A DNA stretch of 64,000 nt from a virus, in IMG/VR virus record IMGVR_UViG_3300012931_000002, positions 3,729 to 67,728 of that record; one strand, given 5' to 3'. A program made the position numbers and the translations under genes. Shown here one piece after another: positions 62,971 through 64,000 of the stretch; positions within the stretch are counted from its first letter, which is position 1; each line of letters begins with the position of its first letter. The notes beneath the pieces were generated by a model that did no database searches, was not told the DNA's origin, and was given only the letters and a program-made list of their open reading frames with translations.

Positions 62971-64000
62971 TGGCCGTTCACGTAACGCTGCCGACGCTTC
63001 ACACCGATCAGGTGAAGGCCTACGCGACTACGGACCCGAAGACGGGGCGCCGAGCGCGGTTGACTGCGATTCGCTGCGGACGGCGGTGGGGCAAAACTGC
63101 CCTCGGTAAGACGATCGCCTGCAACGGCGCGACGAAGCAGAAGCGAATCGGATGGTTCGCGCCCGACTACAAGCGGTCGTCGGAGAGCTACGAGGAAATC
63201 CTCGACGTTCTCGCGCCGATCAAGAAGCGCTCTTCGAAGACCGAAGGCGTCATTCGGACGAAGACCGGCGGCCTGATCGACTTCTGGACGCTCGACGACG
63301 AGAGCGCCGGCCGATCCCGCAAATATCACACGGTGATCATCGACGAAGGCGCGTTTACGAAGCCGAACATGATGGGGATATGGGAGAAGTCGATCCTCCC
63401 GACCCTCCTCGACTACCAAGGCTCGGCGTACGTCCTCTCGAACACGAACGGGAACAACCCCGAGAACTTCTTCTGGCAGATTTGCAACGATCCGAAGTAC
63501 GGGTTCGTTCAGTACCACGCCCCGTCGTGGAATAACCCGACGATCCCGGCACATCTTCCGAACGAGACCGCCGAAGAGTATATGAAGCGCCGCGAGGCGA
63601 TCTTCGCCGAGCTTCGGGCGAACAACCACCCCCTGGTATTTGCCCAGGAATATGCCGCAGAATTCGTGGACTGGAGTGGTGTAGCCTTCTTCTCGCTGGA
63701 GAAGCTCCTCGTAAACGGGAACCCGGTTCCGCGCCCGACGAAATGCGACGGCGTCTTCGCGGTCATCGACTCGGCGACGAAGACGGGCAAGGGAAACGAC
63801 GGAACGGCCGTCGTCTACTGCGCCGCTACGAAGGTCGGTTACGCGTACAAGATGGTCATTCTCGACTGGGATATAATCCAGATCGAAGGCGACCTTCTGA
63901 TAACGTGGCTTCCGACCGTCCTCTCGAATCTCGAAGCGCTGTCGAAGGCGTGCGGATCGCGGGCCGGATCGCTCGGGGCGTTTATCGAGGATAAGGACAG
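62970..64000 (+). CDS. terL: Terminase large subunit, 3'-truncated
   Basis: TAATG overlap; Walker A CGRRWGKT, Walker B VIIDE, FAQEY.AEF, nuclease IDSA.K.G..ND.TA. Confidence 0.88.
   Translation, partial: MAVHVTLPTLHTDQVKAYATTDPKTGRRARLTAIRCGRRWGKTALGKTIACNGATKQKRIGWFAPDYKRSSESYEEILDVLAPIKKRSSKTEGVIRTKTGGLIDFWTLDDESAGRSRKYHTVIIDEGAFTKPNMMGIWEKSILPTLLDYQGSAYVLSNTNGNNPENFFWQICNDPKYGFVQYHAPSWNNPTIPAHLPNETAEEYMKRREAIFAELRANNHPLVFAQEYAAEFVDWSGVAFFSLEKLLVNGNPVPRPTKCDGVFAVIDSATKTGKGNDGTAVVYCAATKVGYAYKMVILDWDIIQIEGDLLITWLPTVLSNLEALSKACGSRAGSLGAFIEDKD

Overview
This 64 kb window holds most of a GC-rich tailed-phage genome. The contractile-tail gene order resembles Bcep781-type myoviruses. The host is probably an alphaproteobacterium, inferred from a CtrA-like DNA-binding domain. 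Plus strand 1-27.2 kb: head, neck, sheath/tube, tape measure with lytic transglycosylase, baseplate, tail fibre and a holin/spanin cassette. Minus strand 27.2-61.5 kb: replication and DNA-modification arm (family A polymerase, AEP primase, three helicases, clamp-like protein, NrdJ, four DNA methyltransferases, a CmoA-like enzyme, nucleotide hydrolases). Plus strand 61.7-64 kb: NusG-like factor, small terminase and a truncated large terminase. No portal, integrase, endolysin, tRNA or CRISPR array was recognised. The strongest signal is a CmoA-like gene coupled to a C5-cytosine methyltransferase whose motif X Asn is replaced by Arg (GRAVPP), which predicts carboxy-SAM-dependent DNA carboxymethylation. 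Other leads: a two-frame C5 methyltransferase, a duplicated head-morphogenesis cassette, scaffold-like leaders on small cargo proteins, a circularly permuted GHKL ATPase with an internal amber codon, and several structured non-coding segments. All calls come from reading motifs by eye; no database search or computation was run.
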